The position numbers were made by a program, and so were the translations under genes. From positions 2,624,001 through 2,688,000 of the forward strand of contig OZ244799.1 in assembly GCA_965219955.1 (NCBI GenBank): a DNA stretch of 64,000 nt. Direction: 5' to 3'. The first letter of the stretch is position 1. The number at the start of each line of letters is the position of its first letter. Source of the DNA: a bacterium (GTDB lineage Bacteria; UBA8248). Below are positions 9,981-19,777 of this stretch, piece after piece. Under the pieces are notes generated by a model. It worked only from the letters and a program-made list of their open reading frames with translations, ran no database searches and was not told the origin of the DNA.

Positions 9981-10673
9981 TGACAAAAAAGTTGAGGCCC
10001 CATGGATTACGGTACAAGGCTTTGTAGATGGATACACAAGCTATTTAATTGTACGCACTTCCCGGTTCGGTTGCGGGGTCGTTTTACGTCAACAAGCTGA
10101 CCGCGTCCGGAGGAGGCGTTGTCTTCATCGGGGCGTTCGGGGCGCACAGATAACAGGGCAGTACACCTATAAGGAGAGCAAATTAATAAAGGGGATTGCC
10201 CGTTGGTTGCTTCCCTCGTGCTAGAGCAAACTGTATCGTTCCTTGCTATGAGTTTGAGTCCTCGATCAGGTAGCGGGAACAATGGGCAGCCCCTGCTTGC
10301 GTTTCAGGCAAGCTGGCCGACACCCTGCCGCAGCTGGCACTTTACCTTGTGGATTGTGTCGCAGCAATTCCCGTCTTTCGCCAGCCCTGTAAGGGGTGTC
10401 GGCCTTTTTTTTTGCCCGACCCAGACGCGCTCGCAACGAAAAATGTTCTTCAACCCGGACAGCCCTTCAGAAGCGGCATTGATAACCCCCATCAGACCAC
10501 GACCGAATATATATTGCGTCAGGCGAAGCCCTGGAGAGGAAATGGTATGGACGCCTTCCCGGCAACCGAGTGCCGCGGTTCGAGAGGGTCGACATGGATC
10601 CTCGATGATCTGTGGCACCCTGAGAAGCTCAAGGGGAAGACATAGTGTCTTCCCAGGCCAACCGGAGGGTCCA

Positions 10674-11702
10674 ATGATGAAGAATGGCAGAACGGTCGTC
10701 GGTGTGGATACGGCGAAAAGCGTGTTCCAGTTGTACTGGGTCGAGGTGGAGACGGGAAAAAGGATGTCCCTGAAGCTGACGCGGGCGAGGTTCCTCGAGC
10801 ACTTCGCCAATCGCGCTCCGTGCCTGATCGCGATGGAGGCGTACGGCGGCTCGCAGCACTGGGCGCGTCGTCTGCGGAAACTGGGCCACGAGGCGAGGTT
10901 GCTTCCGGCGAAGATGGTGAGGCCCTTCGTTGCCGGCAACAAGAATGATTCGCACGACGCGCGCGTGATCTGGACGGCGGTGCAACAGCCTGGGGTAAAG
11001 GCGGTTGCGATCAAGAGCGAGGAACAGCAGGCCGTCCTGGCGCTGCACCGCATGCGCCAGCAGCTGGTGAAGTTCCGCACGGCCCAGATCAACGGCTTGC
11101 GCGGCCTGTTGACCGAATACGGAGAGGTCATGCCACAAGGCCGGGCGGGCATGCGGCGAGACATGGTCGCAGCCCTCGGCCGGATATCGGAGCGACTGCC
11201 GACGATGGTCGTGGACGCCCTGCGAGAGCAATGGGCGCGCGTGGCCCGGCTCGACGAGGAGGTTCGCGGTATCGAGCGCCGCCTGAAGCTGTGGCATCAA
11301 GACAACGCCGAGAGCCGCAGGGTGGCGGAGATCCCCGGTGTCGGTTTGCCGGGCGCGACCGCTTTGGTGGCCGCGATGGGTGATCCCGCCGCGTTCAGTT
11401 CCGGTCGGGAGTTCGCCGCCTAGCTGGGGCTGACGCCCCGCCATGTCGGGACCGGCGGAAAGGTGCGCGTGCTCGGAATCTCCAAGCGGGGCGACAGGTA
11501 CCTGCGCACCTTGCTGATACACGGCGCCCGCGCCGCAATCGTCCACGGCAAGGCGCCGCGTGAATGGGTGTTGCGCCTGGCCGGACGGCGGCCCCCGAAC
11601 GTGGTCGTCGTCGCCCTGGCGAACAAGATGGCGCGCACGATCCGGGCCCTGCTGGCCCATGACCGGGAATACCAACGAAACTTTGTCGGCCATCCTGCGT
11701 AA
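10674..11702 (+). pseudogene. IS110/IS1111 recombinase with premature TAG
   Basis: VGVDTAK, MEA, KND..DA (DEDD) motifs; REFAA*LGLTP where W is expected (TAG 11421-11423); frame continues ISKRGDRYLR..VALANK. Confidence 0.9.
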
Positions 11703-11965
11703 GTCCGGATGGCAAAAGATAACACGAAACGATGAACGGAGGTGGCACGCCGAAGGATTGCGCAAGGCAGGATAAAGTGTGATGGCTAACAGGTCAGACC
11801 GCGGCCCGCAAAGTCTGTATGGCATCGAAGGCGAAAAGCCTTGAAGAGGAAATGAGGCGCGGGTCGGCTGATTCCATCAGGGCCGGCAGGCAAGAGCACC
11901 TGCACCGAAAGGCCGAATATAAAGCTGCAACCTGACAGTCAAAAGCACCGAATCCGCCTTTGCCA
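11703..11965 (+). ncRNA. Predicted seekRNA/bridge-type guide RNA region of the IS1111 element
   Basis: Position downstream of the recombinase as in IS1111; two predicted internal loops with matches to target and donor (see findings); exact ends unknown. Confidence 0.7.
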
Positions 11966-13110
11966 CCGGGAAGGCGTCCATATAAAGGATGCCATGACCT
12001 GAAACCTCTCGTAGCGACCCGGCGGGTTCGACCCCCGCCCGGCAAAGGCCGAGCCGGCCAGCCGGAAGCGAGTCTTGCATGGCGTGCGGCAACGCGCGTC
12101 GTGAAGCGTAGACAGCAGGTGACGAAGCGGCGGGGTAAGCCTCGAAATCGGTCAATCGACGACGCCTTCATTGTTAATCGTGTGGGGGCAGCACCGGAAG
12201 CGCCGCTATCGGCGAGGCGCAACGGGTTGTCCGGGGTCGTGGACCGGCGCAAAGTCACGGGACGGGTCGCCAGGGAACCTGGGAGATCCTGCACTTGCCC
12301 GTGGGCAAGGATGCTGGGAAGGGGATGCCAGCATGCAAATCCAGAACCCGGCCCGTCGCCGGGCCTGTACGGCGGCGGGAGCGCTATATGGCGGACACGA
12401 ACCCCGCAGGCGCCCGCGGAGCCGACCGGCGAAAACAATAAGCCGAAGGACATGCGGGGGCAGGAAGTCGTAGCGCCCTGATAGTACCGCTGAGGGCGGG
12501 GAACCGTGGCCATCGGGACCCGCTGGAGGGAAGCGGGGCGTCATCTGTACAGAGCCACTGATGGGAAACGTTGGAGGAAACCCTGAGTTCCACGAACACG
12601 TACACGAAACAGCAGTGGATAGCCGAACAGGTGAGGGAGCATCCGGAACGGGTGTTCACGTCCCTGCACCACCTCATCGACGGCGAGTGGATGCGCGAAG
12701 CGTATCGCCGCACGCGCAAGGATGGGGCGAGGGGCATCGACGGCGTGAGTGCTGCCGACTACGAGAAGGACCTGGAGGCGAATCTTGACGACCTCCTGAG
12801 CCGGATGAAGTCGGGCCGCTACTTTGCGCCGCCGGTGCGCCGGCGCTACATCCCGAAGGCGGACGGCACGAAACGACCGCTCGGCATTCCGACGTTCGAA
12901 GACAAGGTGGCGCAACGGGCAATCCTGATGCTGCTGGAGCCGATTTACGAGACGGACTTTTTGACGTGCTCGTACGGCTTCCGGCCCGGACGGTCGGCTC
13001 ACGATGCCCTGGACGCACTTCGCACGGGCATCATGGAGCAGCGCCAACGATGGGTGATAGACGCGGATTTGAAAGCGTACTTCGACTCAATCCCGCACAC
13101 CCACCTGCGG

Positions 13111-14889
13111 TCATTCCTCGACCTGCGGATTAAGGACGGCGTCGTAAGGCGCATGATTGACAAATGGCTGAAAGCGGGGGTGCTCGAAGAGGGCACCGTT
13201 CACAGGCCGGTCGCCGGTACTCCTCAAGGTGGGGTCATGACACCCTGAACGCAAAAGGCAACTCTGCTCTCCGGCGCCGCCGTCGTCGGGTTCCGATGGG
13301 ATCGGACTGCCACCGGACGCCCCCGGGATCGGGATGGAATGGCGAATCGTGATCTTCTCCTCACTGACCAGCACCTCCTTGACGAGAAGCCGGACAAGGC
13401 GCTGTTGTTCGCCGGTATCCAGGCTATGGGCGGAGGAGCGAAGCCGCGCCAGGAACCCGCTCAGCGTGTCGGCGAGCCGGAGGTAGGTTTCCCGATCCTT
13501 GACCTGCTCGACAACGGACTGCAGTTCACGATGAAGAGCCTGTTCCTGACGGCGTAGCCCGGGCGTTCTCTCGCGCAGTTCGTCGATGGTGATCAGCTCC
13601 TCCTGATAGGCATTGACCAGGCGGTCGATGCTCTTTCGTGTTCTGATCAACCGGCGCCGCAAGTCGGTCTCGCGCTGCCGGTTGGGGTCGGAGTCGCGGG
13701 CCGCCTCCAGACGCCGATCGATTTCGGCGCCGATCAGCGCCGGATCCTCAAGCAGGCGAACGACTTCGCTCCAGACAACGTCGTCAAGCAGATCCTGGCG
13801 CACCGGCCGATTGTCGCATAGCGGCCCGTTGAGATGCCGCCAGGCGTCGGAGCCCAGGCAGCGGTAATAGTAAATCGTGCGCGCGCTCGTCCGGGTCGAC
13901 GTGCGATACAGGGAATAGCCGCATTTTCGGCACGAGACCAGCCCCTGCACCACGCTGGGCGTCCTGGTCCGGCGCCGCCCGAGGGCCTTGTTCATCTCCA
14001 GCCGCTCTTCGGCCAGGGCAAAGGTCTCCTCGCTGACGACCGCCGGCACCGGAATCTCGATCCATTCCTCGCGCGGTTTCTCGTGACCGCCGGTGGTGGC
14101 GCCGGCCACGCCGCCGCGCAACCGCAAGGGGCGGGTCACGGTTTTTCGCGGCATCTGGCGGGTCTTGCCGAAGCACGCCTTGCCCTTGTACGCCGGGTTG
14201 CGCAGCATCGCCCACACGGTCGAACGCTCCCAGCGTCCGCGCCCGGAGGACGTGGGTACCGCCCGCTCGTTGAGCTTGCGGGTGATCTCGCCAATGCTCA
14301 TGTGGTCATGAGTATAGTAGCGATAGACTTCGCGAACCACCGATGCCTGAGGTTCGAGCACCTCATAGTAGGCATCGCTCTCGGAAGTTTTCTTGTGGTA
14401 GCGGTAGCCATAAGGCGCGCCTCCGAGAACCGCAACTTCACCACACTGCGCACGATGACGCTTGCCGCGACGGGAACGTTCCAGTATCTGTGCGCGCTCG
14501 TATTCCGCGATCATCCCCTGGAACTGGACGAGGAGGTTGTCTTCCGGGGTTTCCATCGACGGCGCGTTCACAAACACGGTCTCAACGCCATGGCGGGCCA
14601 ACTCTTCGATAATCAGCACCTGGTGGGCGTAGCGGCGGCTCAAACGGTCCGGGGCATGGACCACCAATGTATCGAAGCGCCCTTCCGCGGCGAGGTCCCT
14701 GATCCGCTCCAGCCCCGGGCGCTCGAGAACAGCGCCGCTGCAGCCGTCATCCTCGACGAGCATCTCCGGCGCGACGCTGTAGCCGTGGTTCCTGGCGTAT
14801 TCGACCAGCGCCTCGGTCTGGCTCGCGATCGTGCTGCTCTCCCTCTGCTGCTCGCCCGAGACCCGCGCATAAAGGGCTGCGACTTTCAT
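13111..14889 (-). CDS. Large serine recombinase (resolvase + recombinase + zinc ribbon + coiled coil)
   Basis: YARVS catalytic Ser, RPGL, DRLSR, PYGY, NPAYKG, CRKCG..YYRC; ORF reads through the element boundary. Confidence 0.95.
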   Translation of the reverse strand: MKVAALYARVSGEQQRESSTIASQTEALVEYARNHGYSVAPEMLVEDDGCSGAVLERPGLERIRDLAAEGRFDTLVVHAPDRLSRRYAHQVLIIEELARHGVETVFVNAPSMETPEDNLLVQFQGMIAEYERAQILERSRRGKRHRAQCGEVAVLGGAPYGYRYHKKTSESDAYYEVLEPQASVVREVYRYYTHDHMSIGEITRKLNERAVPTSSGRGRWERSTVWAMLRNPAYKGKACFGKTRQMPRKTVTRPLRLRGGVAGATTGGHEKPREEWIEIPVPAVVSEETFALAEERLEMNKALGRRRTRTPSVVQGLVSCRKCGYSLYRTSTRTSARTIYYYRCLGSDAWRHLNGPLCDNRPVRQDLLDDVVWSEVVRLLEDPALIGAEIDRRLEAARDSDPNRQRETDLRRRLIRTRKSIDRLVNAYQEELITIDELRERTPGLRRQEQALHRELQSVVEQVKDRETYLRLADTLSGFLARLRSSAHSLDTGEQQRLVRLLVKEVLVSEEKITIRHSIPIPGASGGSPIPSEPDDGGAGEQSCLLRSGCHDPTLRSTGDRPVNGALFEHPRFQPFVNHAPYDAVLNPQVEE

Positions 14890-15043
14890 TCTCGTCTCCT
14901 ATCTCTCGTCTTCGGGCAGGGATTTTGCAGGCTTGATCGGGAACCAGTATCTCGTAGGCATTCTGGAGCCTGGCTGCGAACAGGCGATCGAAACTGTAAT
15001 CAAGTTCAACGCCGGGCAGCGAACCCGGGCGGCGCGCAGCCAT
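14747..15043 (-). CDS. Small accessory protein of the recombinase element (possible directionality factor)
   Basis: Starts immediately after the upstream gene stop and overlaps the recombinase start; function inferred from position only. Confidence 0.45.
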   Translation of the reverse strand: MAARRPGSLPGVELDYSFDRLFAARLQNAYEILVPDQACKIPARRREIGDENESRSPLCAGLGRAAEGEQHDREPDRGAGRIRQEPRLQRRAGDARRG

Positions 15044-15044
15044 G

Positions 15045-15365
15045 TCAATCCACGTCCGGGAGAAAGCGCCTCAGTGCCCGTGCGACGACGTCCCCGATGG
15101 CCTGGCCGCTGATCCTGGCGTGCGTACGCAGGGCTTGCGCCAACGCGCCCGGAATCTTGATGGTCATGGGAATCCGGGATTCGACCGGCTCGGCCGGACG
15201 GTCCATGGCCAGCGCCTGCTGAACGTAGCGGTAGGACTGCCGCTGCGATACGCCGAAACGCTGCGATAGCCGCACTACAGCCTCGTTCGTCGTGACGCCC
15301 TGTGCGAGCAGCGAGTAGGCGGCGTTGATCCGTTCGGCTTTCTGGGACTTCGATGATCGCGTCAT
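15045..15365 (-). CDS. Small DNA-binding protein (HTH-like plus RHH-like)
   Basis: LSQRFGVSQRQSYRYV HTH-like; MTIKIPGAL..L...A..SG..IGDVVARAL RHH-like. Confidence 0.7.
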   Translation of the reverse strand: MTRSSKSQKAERINAAYSLLAQGVTTNEAVVRLSQRFGVSQRQSYRYVQQALAMDRPAEPVESRIPMTIKIPGALAQALRTHARISGQAIGDVVARALRRFLPDVD

Positions 15366-15373
15366 TTGACATA

Positions 15374-15402
15374 ATAATATTACCTCTTGAGACGAAGATC
15401 AA
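15374..15402 (-). promoter_or_regulatory. Sigma70-like promoter of the recombinase element
   Basis: TTGATC-N17-TATTAT on minus strand, 8 nt before ATG 15365 (near-leaderless). Confidence 0.55.
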
Positions 15403-18116
15403 GTACCGAGCGATCCCGCCACGCCACAATCTGGCGCTCAAACTGGAAGTTGCCTTTTGCGTTCGGGGTGTCATCTCGCCGATGCTCTCGAACATCTTCC
15501 TGCACCATGTGCTGGACAAGTGGTTCGAGGAATTGGCGAAGCCGCGTCTTAACGGACGGTGCCAACTGGTGCGATACGCCGATGACTTTGTCATCGCCTT
15601 CGAAGACCGCCACAGCGGCAAGCGATTGCTTGACGTGCTGGGCAAACGTCTGGGCCGATACGGACTCACGCTCCATGAGGCCAAGACGCGCTATGTGGAC
15701 TTCCGCCGGAGGCGTCCCTACGGGCGTCACTGGATGGCGTCGGCCACGACGTTCGACTTCCTCGGCTTCACCCACGTCTGGGGGCGGTCGATGCAAGGCA
15801 AGGACGTCGTTCGCCAAATCACGGCGAAAGGCCGCTTCGCCCGCGCGCTGAAATCGGTGCACGAGTGGTGCAAGAGACATCGGCACCTGCCGGTCAAGGC
15901 GCAGCATGACTATCTCGTCCGGGTGATACGAGGCCACTGCGCATATTACGGTCTGACAGGGAACGGCAAGCGTCTTCGGTGGTTCCGCTACCAAGTGGCT
16001 CGCACGTGGCGGAAGTGGCTTGCGCGCCGCAGCCGCCTGCGCCGGATGAACTGGGACCGGATGAACGCGCTTCTCTTGCGATACCCCCTTCCATTTGTCT
16101 CGTACGTGCGTTCTCGGCAAAGCTCCTTGAGCGAACCTGTCAGGTGAGGAACCGAGTGCGTCAGTCGCGCACGCTCGGCTCTGTGGGGGGCGGGGCGCAG
16201 CAATGCCCCCGCCTACCCGTAACCATTCGGCGGCAGGGTGATGGTTTGCGCGTAGCTCATCGCGGATAATCGAAGAGATTCCCCTGAAGGGCTGGTAACA
16301 CGATCCGGCATGTGGTAATCATGTCGGCATGAAGATCTGCACGGAAGCTGTTCAGGCGGAAGTTTCGTTGGCCGAGAGGCCGGATGAGCGATGGCCTCAT
16401 TCCCCCGGGTTGCCCGCAACCGCAGAGGCCTACTGGCGTTCGCTGTACGAGCGAGAACGTGCGCGCGCGGAGTCTGCGGAGGCGCGCTGTGAGGAGTTGC
16501 GGCTCAAGGAGGTGGATTCGCGTGCGCGGGCGGGTTCGCTGAAGTGGTGTCTCGACAACTGCCGGATGAAGCTAGCCGCGAGGGTCGGGAAGTTGAAGGA
16601 AGTCCGCCGCGCGGCGAAGAAGGACGTCGAGGCGCTCGAGGCGGAAGTGGCTCGTCTGGAGAAGCAGCTTCGCAAAGCGGGAGTGGAGCCGGGCAAGCCC
16701 GGCCCGATCGAGTCGCTGCGCAAGGAAGCCGCCCGGCTGCGCAAGGAGGTCACCCGGTTGAACAAGGCTCTCTCGGGCGCGCTGCCTGAGAAGGAGGCCG
16801 CGCGGCTGCGCCGGGCCGTGGAGAAGCGGGAGAAGACGCTTGAGTCACTGCGCAAGGAGCTTGAGGGGCGGGAGAAGGATGTGGCCCGGCTGGAGGATCA
16901 ACTGGCCTGGGAGAAGATGGAGACGGCGGATCACAAGAAGACGATTCAGTATCGTGAAGAGGAGCTAATCCGGCTCTACGGGAAGTTGCGGGAATTGCGC
17001 GACGAGTTGCGTGTCTCGCTCCGGGCCGCGGGCAGAGTGAAGGAGGGGCTGAAGGAGCGGCTGTTGCGCGCGAAGGAGGCGTTGCGCACGAGGTCGTCTC
17101 GTCGGGACGCGGAACTTCGCAAGGCCCTGGGGAGGTCGCGGCGCCAGAAGACGGCGATCGGGTCGCTGTCGAGGGAGAACGGGCGGTTGCGCCGTGCGCT
17201 GCGCAAGTCGGAGGCCCGCCGTGCGCGTCTGGAGGCCGAGCTCGCGAAGCTTCGCGCGACCGGAGCGGTGCTGGCGAGGAGGCTGTTCGGGCGCAGGAGC
17301 GAGCGGCAGGAGAGGCCGCGCACCGGGCGAAGGCGCGGCGGACAGCCCGGCGCCCGGGGCCATGGCCGCACCCCGCGGCCCGCGCTCGATGAGAGGACGG
17401 AAGTCCGCAACCCGCCGGCCGGTGCGCGCGTCTGCGCCGCTTGCGGGAAGCCCTACGCGGCGAACGGCGCCCGTGTGTCGCGCATCGTCGAGATCGAAGT
17501 CTCGGCGTACAGGCGCGTCATCCACCGTACGAGGTGGCGCCGGGGGTGCGGTTGCGCGTCCTCGCCCACCGAGGTGTCGGCGCCGCCCGCGCCGCGCCTG
17601 TTCGCGGGCACGGCTTACGGGACGAGCGTGTGGGCGCGCCTGCTGTTCGAACGCTACGCCTGCTTCCGCCCGCTCAACCGGGTCGCCGCGTGGTTGTCGG
17701 ACCAGGGGCTTCCGATCTCGGCGGGGACGCTGGGCGACAGCGCGCACCGGTTCATGCCGCTGTTCGAACCGCTGAACGGGGCGATCCTCGCCCGCCAGAA
17801 CGAGGCGTCGGTGCGCCACGGGGACGAAACGACCTGGCGCGTTCAGTCGCTTCGCGAGCAAGGACGCTCGAACCGCGCCTGGCTGTGGGCCTCGCTGAGC
17901 GCAGACTCCGTCTACTTCCACGTCGACCCCTCGCGGTCTGCTGAGGTCGCGATGAAGCTCTTCGGCGCGGCCGGCTCCCATACGGTACTCGTCTGCGACC
18001 GCTACAGCGCCTACAAGAAGCTGGCGCGCAGGCCCGAGAGGAACTGGCCGCCCTGCCGGCGCAGGCGCGCGAGGGCAAGGCGCTTCGCTCGCTGCTGAAC
18101 CACCGCGAGGGGCTGA

Positions 18117-19460
18117 GGGTATGTCCGATTATCTGTGTAAGCCACGGTCTCGGGTCTTTGGGCTTTCCTGGCTCAGCTAGCTGAGCCAGGAAAGCGATCC
18201 TCGAACAGAATGGCAAATTGCCCCTTCGCGGCGGTCCAGTCAACTGGGCGGCGCCAACGGACTCCGGCGTTGCGTATCGCCAGGAACAGCAACTTCGTCG
18301 CCGCCTCGTCGCTGGGAAAGCTTCCCCGGGTCTTGATGATCTTGCGCAACGACCGATGCAGGCTCTCCAGGGCGTTGGTCGTATAGATCATCTTCCGGAT
18401 GGCCGGCGGGAAGGCGAACATCGGCGCCACATGCTCCCAGGCGCGACGCCAGGCGGGAGCCACCGCCGGGTAGCGCTCCCCCCAGCGGGCTTCGAACTCA
18501 TCGAGCCTGGCCGCCGCGGCTTCGAGCGTCTCGGCCCGGTAGACCGCCTTGAGATCGGGCATGACCTTCCGGCGGTCCTTCCAGGCGACGAACGACATCG
18601 AATTGCGTATCAGATGGACGATGCAGGTCTGGACCGCGGTGCGCGGGAATACCGTGCCGATGGCGTCGGGAAAGCCTGCGAGCCCGTCCACCACCGCGAC
18701 CAGAATGTCCTGCAGGCCCCGGGCCTGGAGCTCGTTCATCACCTTGAGCCAGAACTTCGCCCCCTCGGTCTGCTCGATCCAAAGCCCCAGCACCTCCTTG
18801 TCGCCCTCGGAGGTAATCGCCAGGGCGAGGTAGACCGCCTTGTTCCGAACCAGGCCCTCGTCGCGGATCTTCACCCGCAGCGCGTCGAAGAACACGACCG
18901 GATAAACAGGGTCCAGGGGCCGGTTCTGCCACTCCCGCACCTCCTCTAGCACGGCGTCGGTCACCCGGCTGATCAGGTCCGGCGATACCGATACCCCGTA
19001 CAACTCCTCGAGGTGGCCCCGGATCTCGCGCACGCTCATCCCGCGCGCGTACAGCGACACGATGCGCTCGTCGAAACCCTCGAGGCGCCGCTCCCCCTTG
19101 GGCACGATCGCCGGCTCGAACGTCCCGTTGCGGTCCCGGGGAACCGCCAGGTCCAACTCGCCATCATCGCTCAGAACCGTCTTGCCGGAATGCCCGTTGC
19201 GGCTGTTGCCACTACCTCGTCCGGCTGGGTCTCCCTTCTCGTAGCCGAGGTGCTCGCTCAACTCCGCGCCCAGCGCGCGCTCCACAAGAGCCTCCTTGAG
19301 CTGCTTGAACAGCCCGTCCTCGCCCAACAGGTCTTCCGGCTTCTCGTAGCCGGACAGCAACTCGTCCAATAGCTCAGGTCTCAGTCTCGTCATCAAAGGT
19401 CCTCCTCCTGGTGAAGTGTGAACCCTCGACCCTTACTTACACAAGACTTCGGACACTCTC
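18117..19460 (-). mobile_element. IS256-family element, intact copy 2 (1344 bp)
   Basis: Same ends and identical protein as 8637-9980; 8-bp TSD GGGGCTGA (18109-18116, 19461-19468). Confidence 0.95.
18173..19396 (-). CDS. IS256 family transposase
   Basis: Identical translation to 8701-9924. Confidence 0.96.
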   Translation of the reverse strand: MMTRLRPELLDELLSGYEKPEDLLGEDGLFKQLKEALVERALGAELSEHLGYEKGDPAGRGSGNSRNGHSGKTVLSDDGELDLAVPRDRNGTFEPAIVPKGERRLEGFDERIVSLYARGMSVREIRGHLEELYGVSVSPDLISRVTDAVLEEVREWQNRPLDPVYPVVFFDALRVKIRDEGLVRNKAVYLALAITSEGDKEVLGLWIEQTEGAKFWLKVMNELQARGLQDILVAVVDGLAGFPDAIGTVFPRTAVQTCIVHLIRNSMSFVAWKDRRKVMPDLKAVYRAETLEAAAARLDEFEARWGERYPAVAPAWRRAWEHVAPMFAFPPAIRKMIYTTNALESLHRSLRKIIKTRGSFPSDEAATKLLFLAIRNAGVRWRRPVDWTAAKGQFAILFEDRFPGSAS

Positions 19461-19777
19461 GGGGCTGAGCGTCTTCCTGGAGCGTCCCTCGGTACCGATG
19501 GACAACAACGCCATTGAGAGAGTGCTCAGACGTCCCGTGATCGGCAGGCGGCTCTCGTTCGGCTCCGTGAGCGAGGCCGGCGCCCGGTTCACGGCGATGA
19601 TGTACTCCGTCCTCGGTACACTCTCGTTAAACGGGGTCGATCCGCTTCGCTGGCTGGAGGCATGGCTCACGGCCTGCGCGGAGAACGGCGGCCGCCCACC
19701 CGGGGACCTCTCCGCGTGGCTGCCCTGGTCGATGGGCGCGGAGCGTCGTCGCGCCCTCACGGCGCCGGGATGACGCC

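Larger units (their letters stand above)
8081..10070 (+). pseudogene. Degraded TbpB-like barrel protein remnant interrupted by IS256
   Basis: YTYQGNANGAY..VSLTAEF..GTIGGNV barrel-like strands with several in-frame stops; sequence continues across the TSD after 9980. Confidence 0.4.
10540..11984 (+). mobile_element. IS110 family, IS1111-type element
   Basis: Perfect 16-bp subterminal IRs ATGGACGCCTTCCCGG (10547-10562, 11966-11981), 7 and 3 nt from the ends; AA core at both junctions; long right non-coding end. Confidence 0.9.
13237..15474 (-). mobile_element. Minimal large-serine-recombinase integrative element
   Basis: 27-bp inverted ends (13237-13263, 15448-15474; 1 mismatch), AT dinucleotide at both junctions, three ORFs. 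Confidence 0.9.
12571..16147 (+). pseudogene. ltrA: Group II intron reverse transcriptase/maturase split by an integrative element (restorable, 446 aa)
   Basis: GIDG, IPKADG.KRPLGIP, SYGFRPGRS, D.DL..YFD, GTPQGGV|ISP, RYADD, FDFLGF; halves 12571-13238 and 15475-16147 rejoin in frame. Confidence 0.92.
10514..16218 (+). ncRNA. Group II intron, interrupted by IS1111-type and serine-recombinase elements
   Basis: 5' end TTGCGTCAGG (variant of GUGCG); DI-like sequence resumes at 11985; DV GAGGAACCGAGTGCG..CGCACGCTCGGCTC at 16146-16182 and DVI with bulged A (..GCCTACCC) directly after the RT stop. The 5' boundary is inferred. Confidence 0.8.
16329..19773 (+). pseudogene. IS66 transposase (TnpC) with long N-terminal coiled coil; internal deletion and IS256 insertion
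   Basis: LFGRRSE, GGQPG..GH, C..CG, HGDET, VCDRYSAY, and after the IS: PMDNNAIER; frameshift near 18030 and CWAH region missing. Confidence 0.88.

Noticed and set aside
10203-10673. N-terminal extensions in the ORF track (also 20892, 31056, 53856, 57329, 61640)
   Set aside because: They run through IS ends, repeats or neighbouring genes; RBS-supported starts lie downstream
11421-11423. Pyrrolysine or programmed readthrough in the IS110 gene
   Set aside because: The position is a conserved Trp (TGG to TAG); a simple nonsense mutation is more likely
12015-12045. tRNA-like T-arm GGGTTCGACCCC
   Set aside because: No cloverleaf; part of intron domain I
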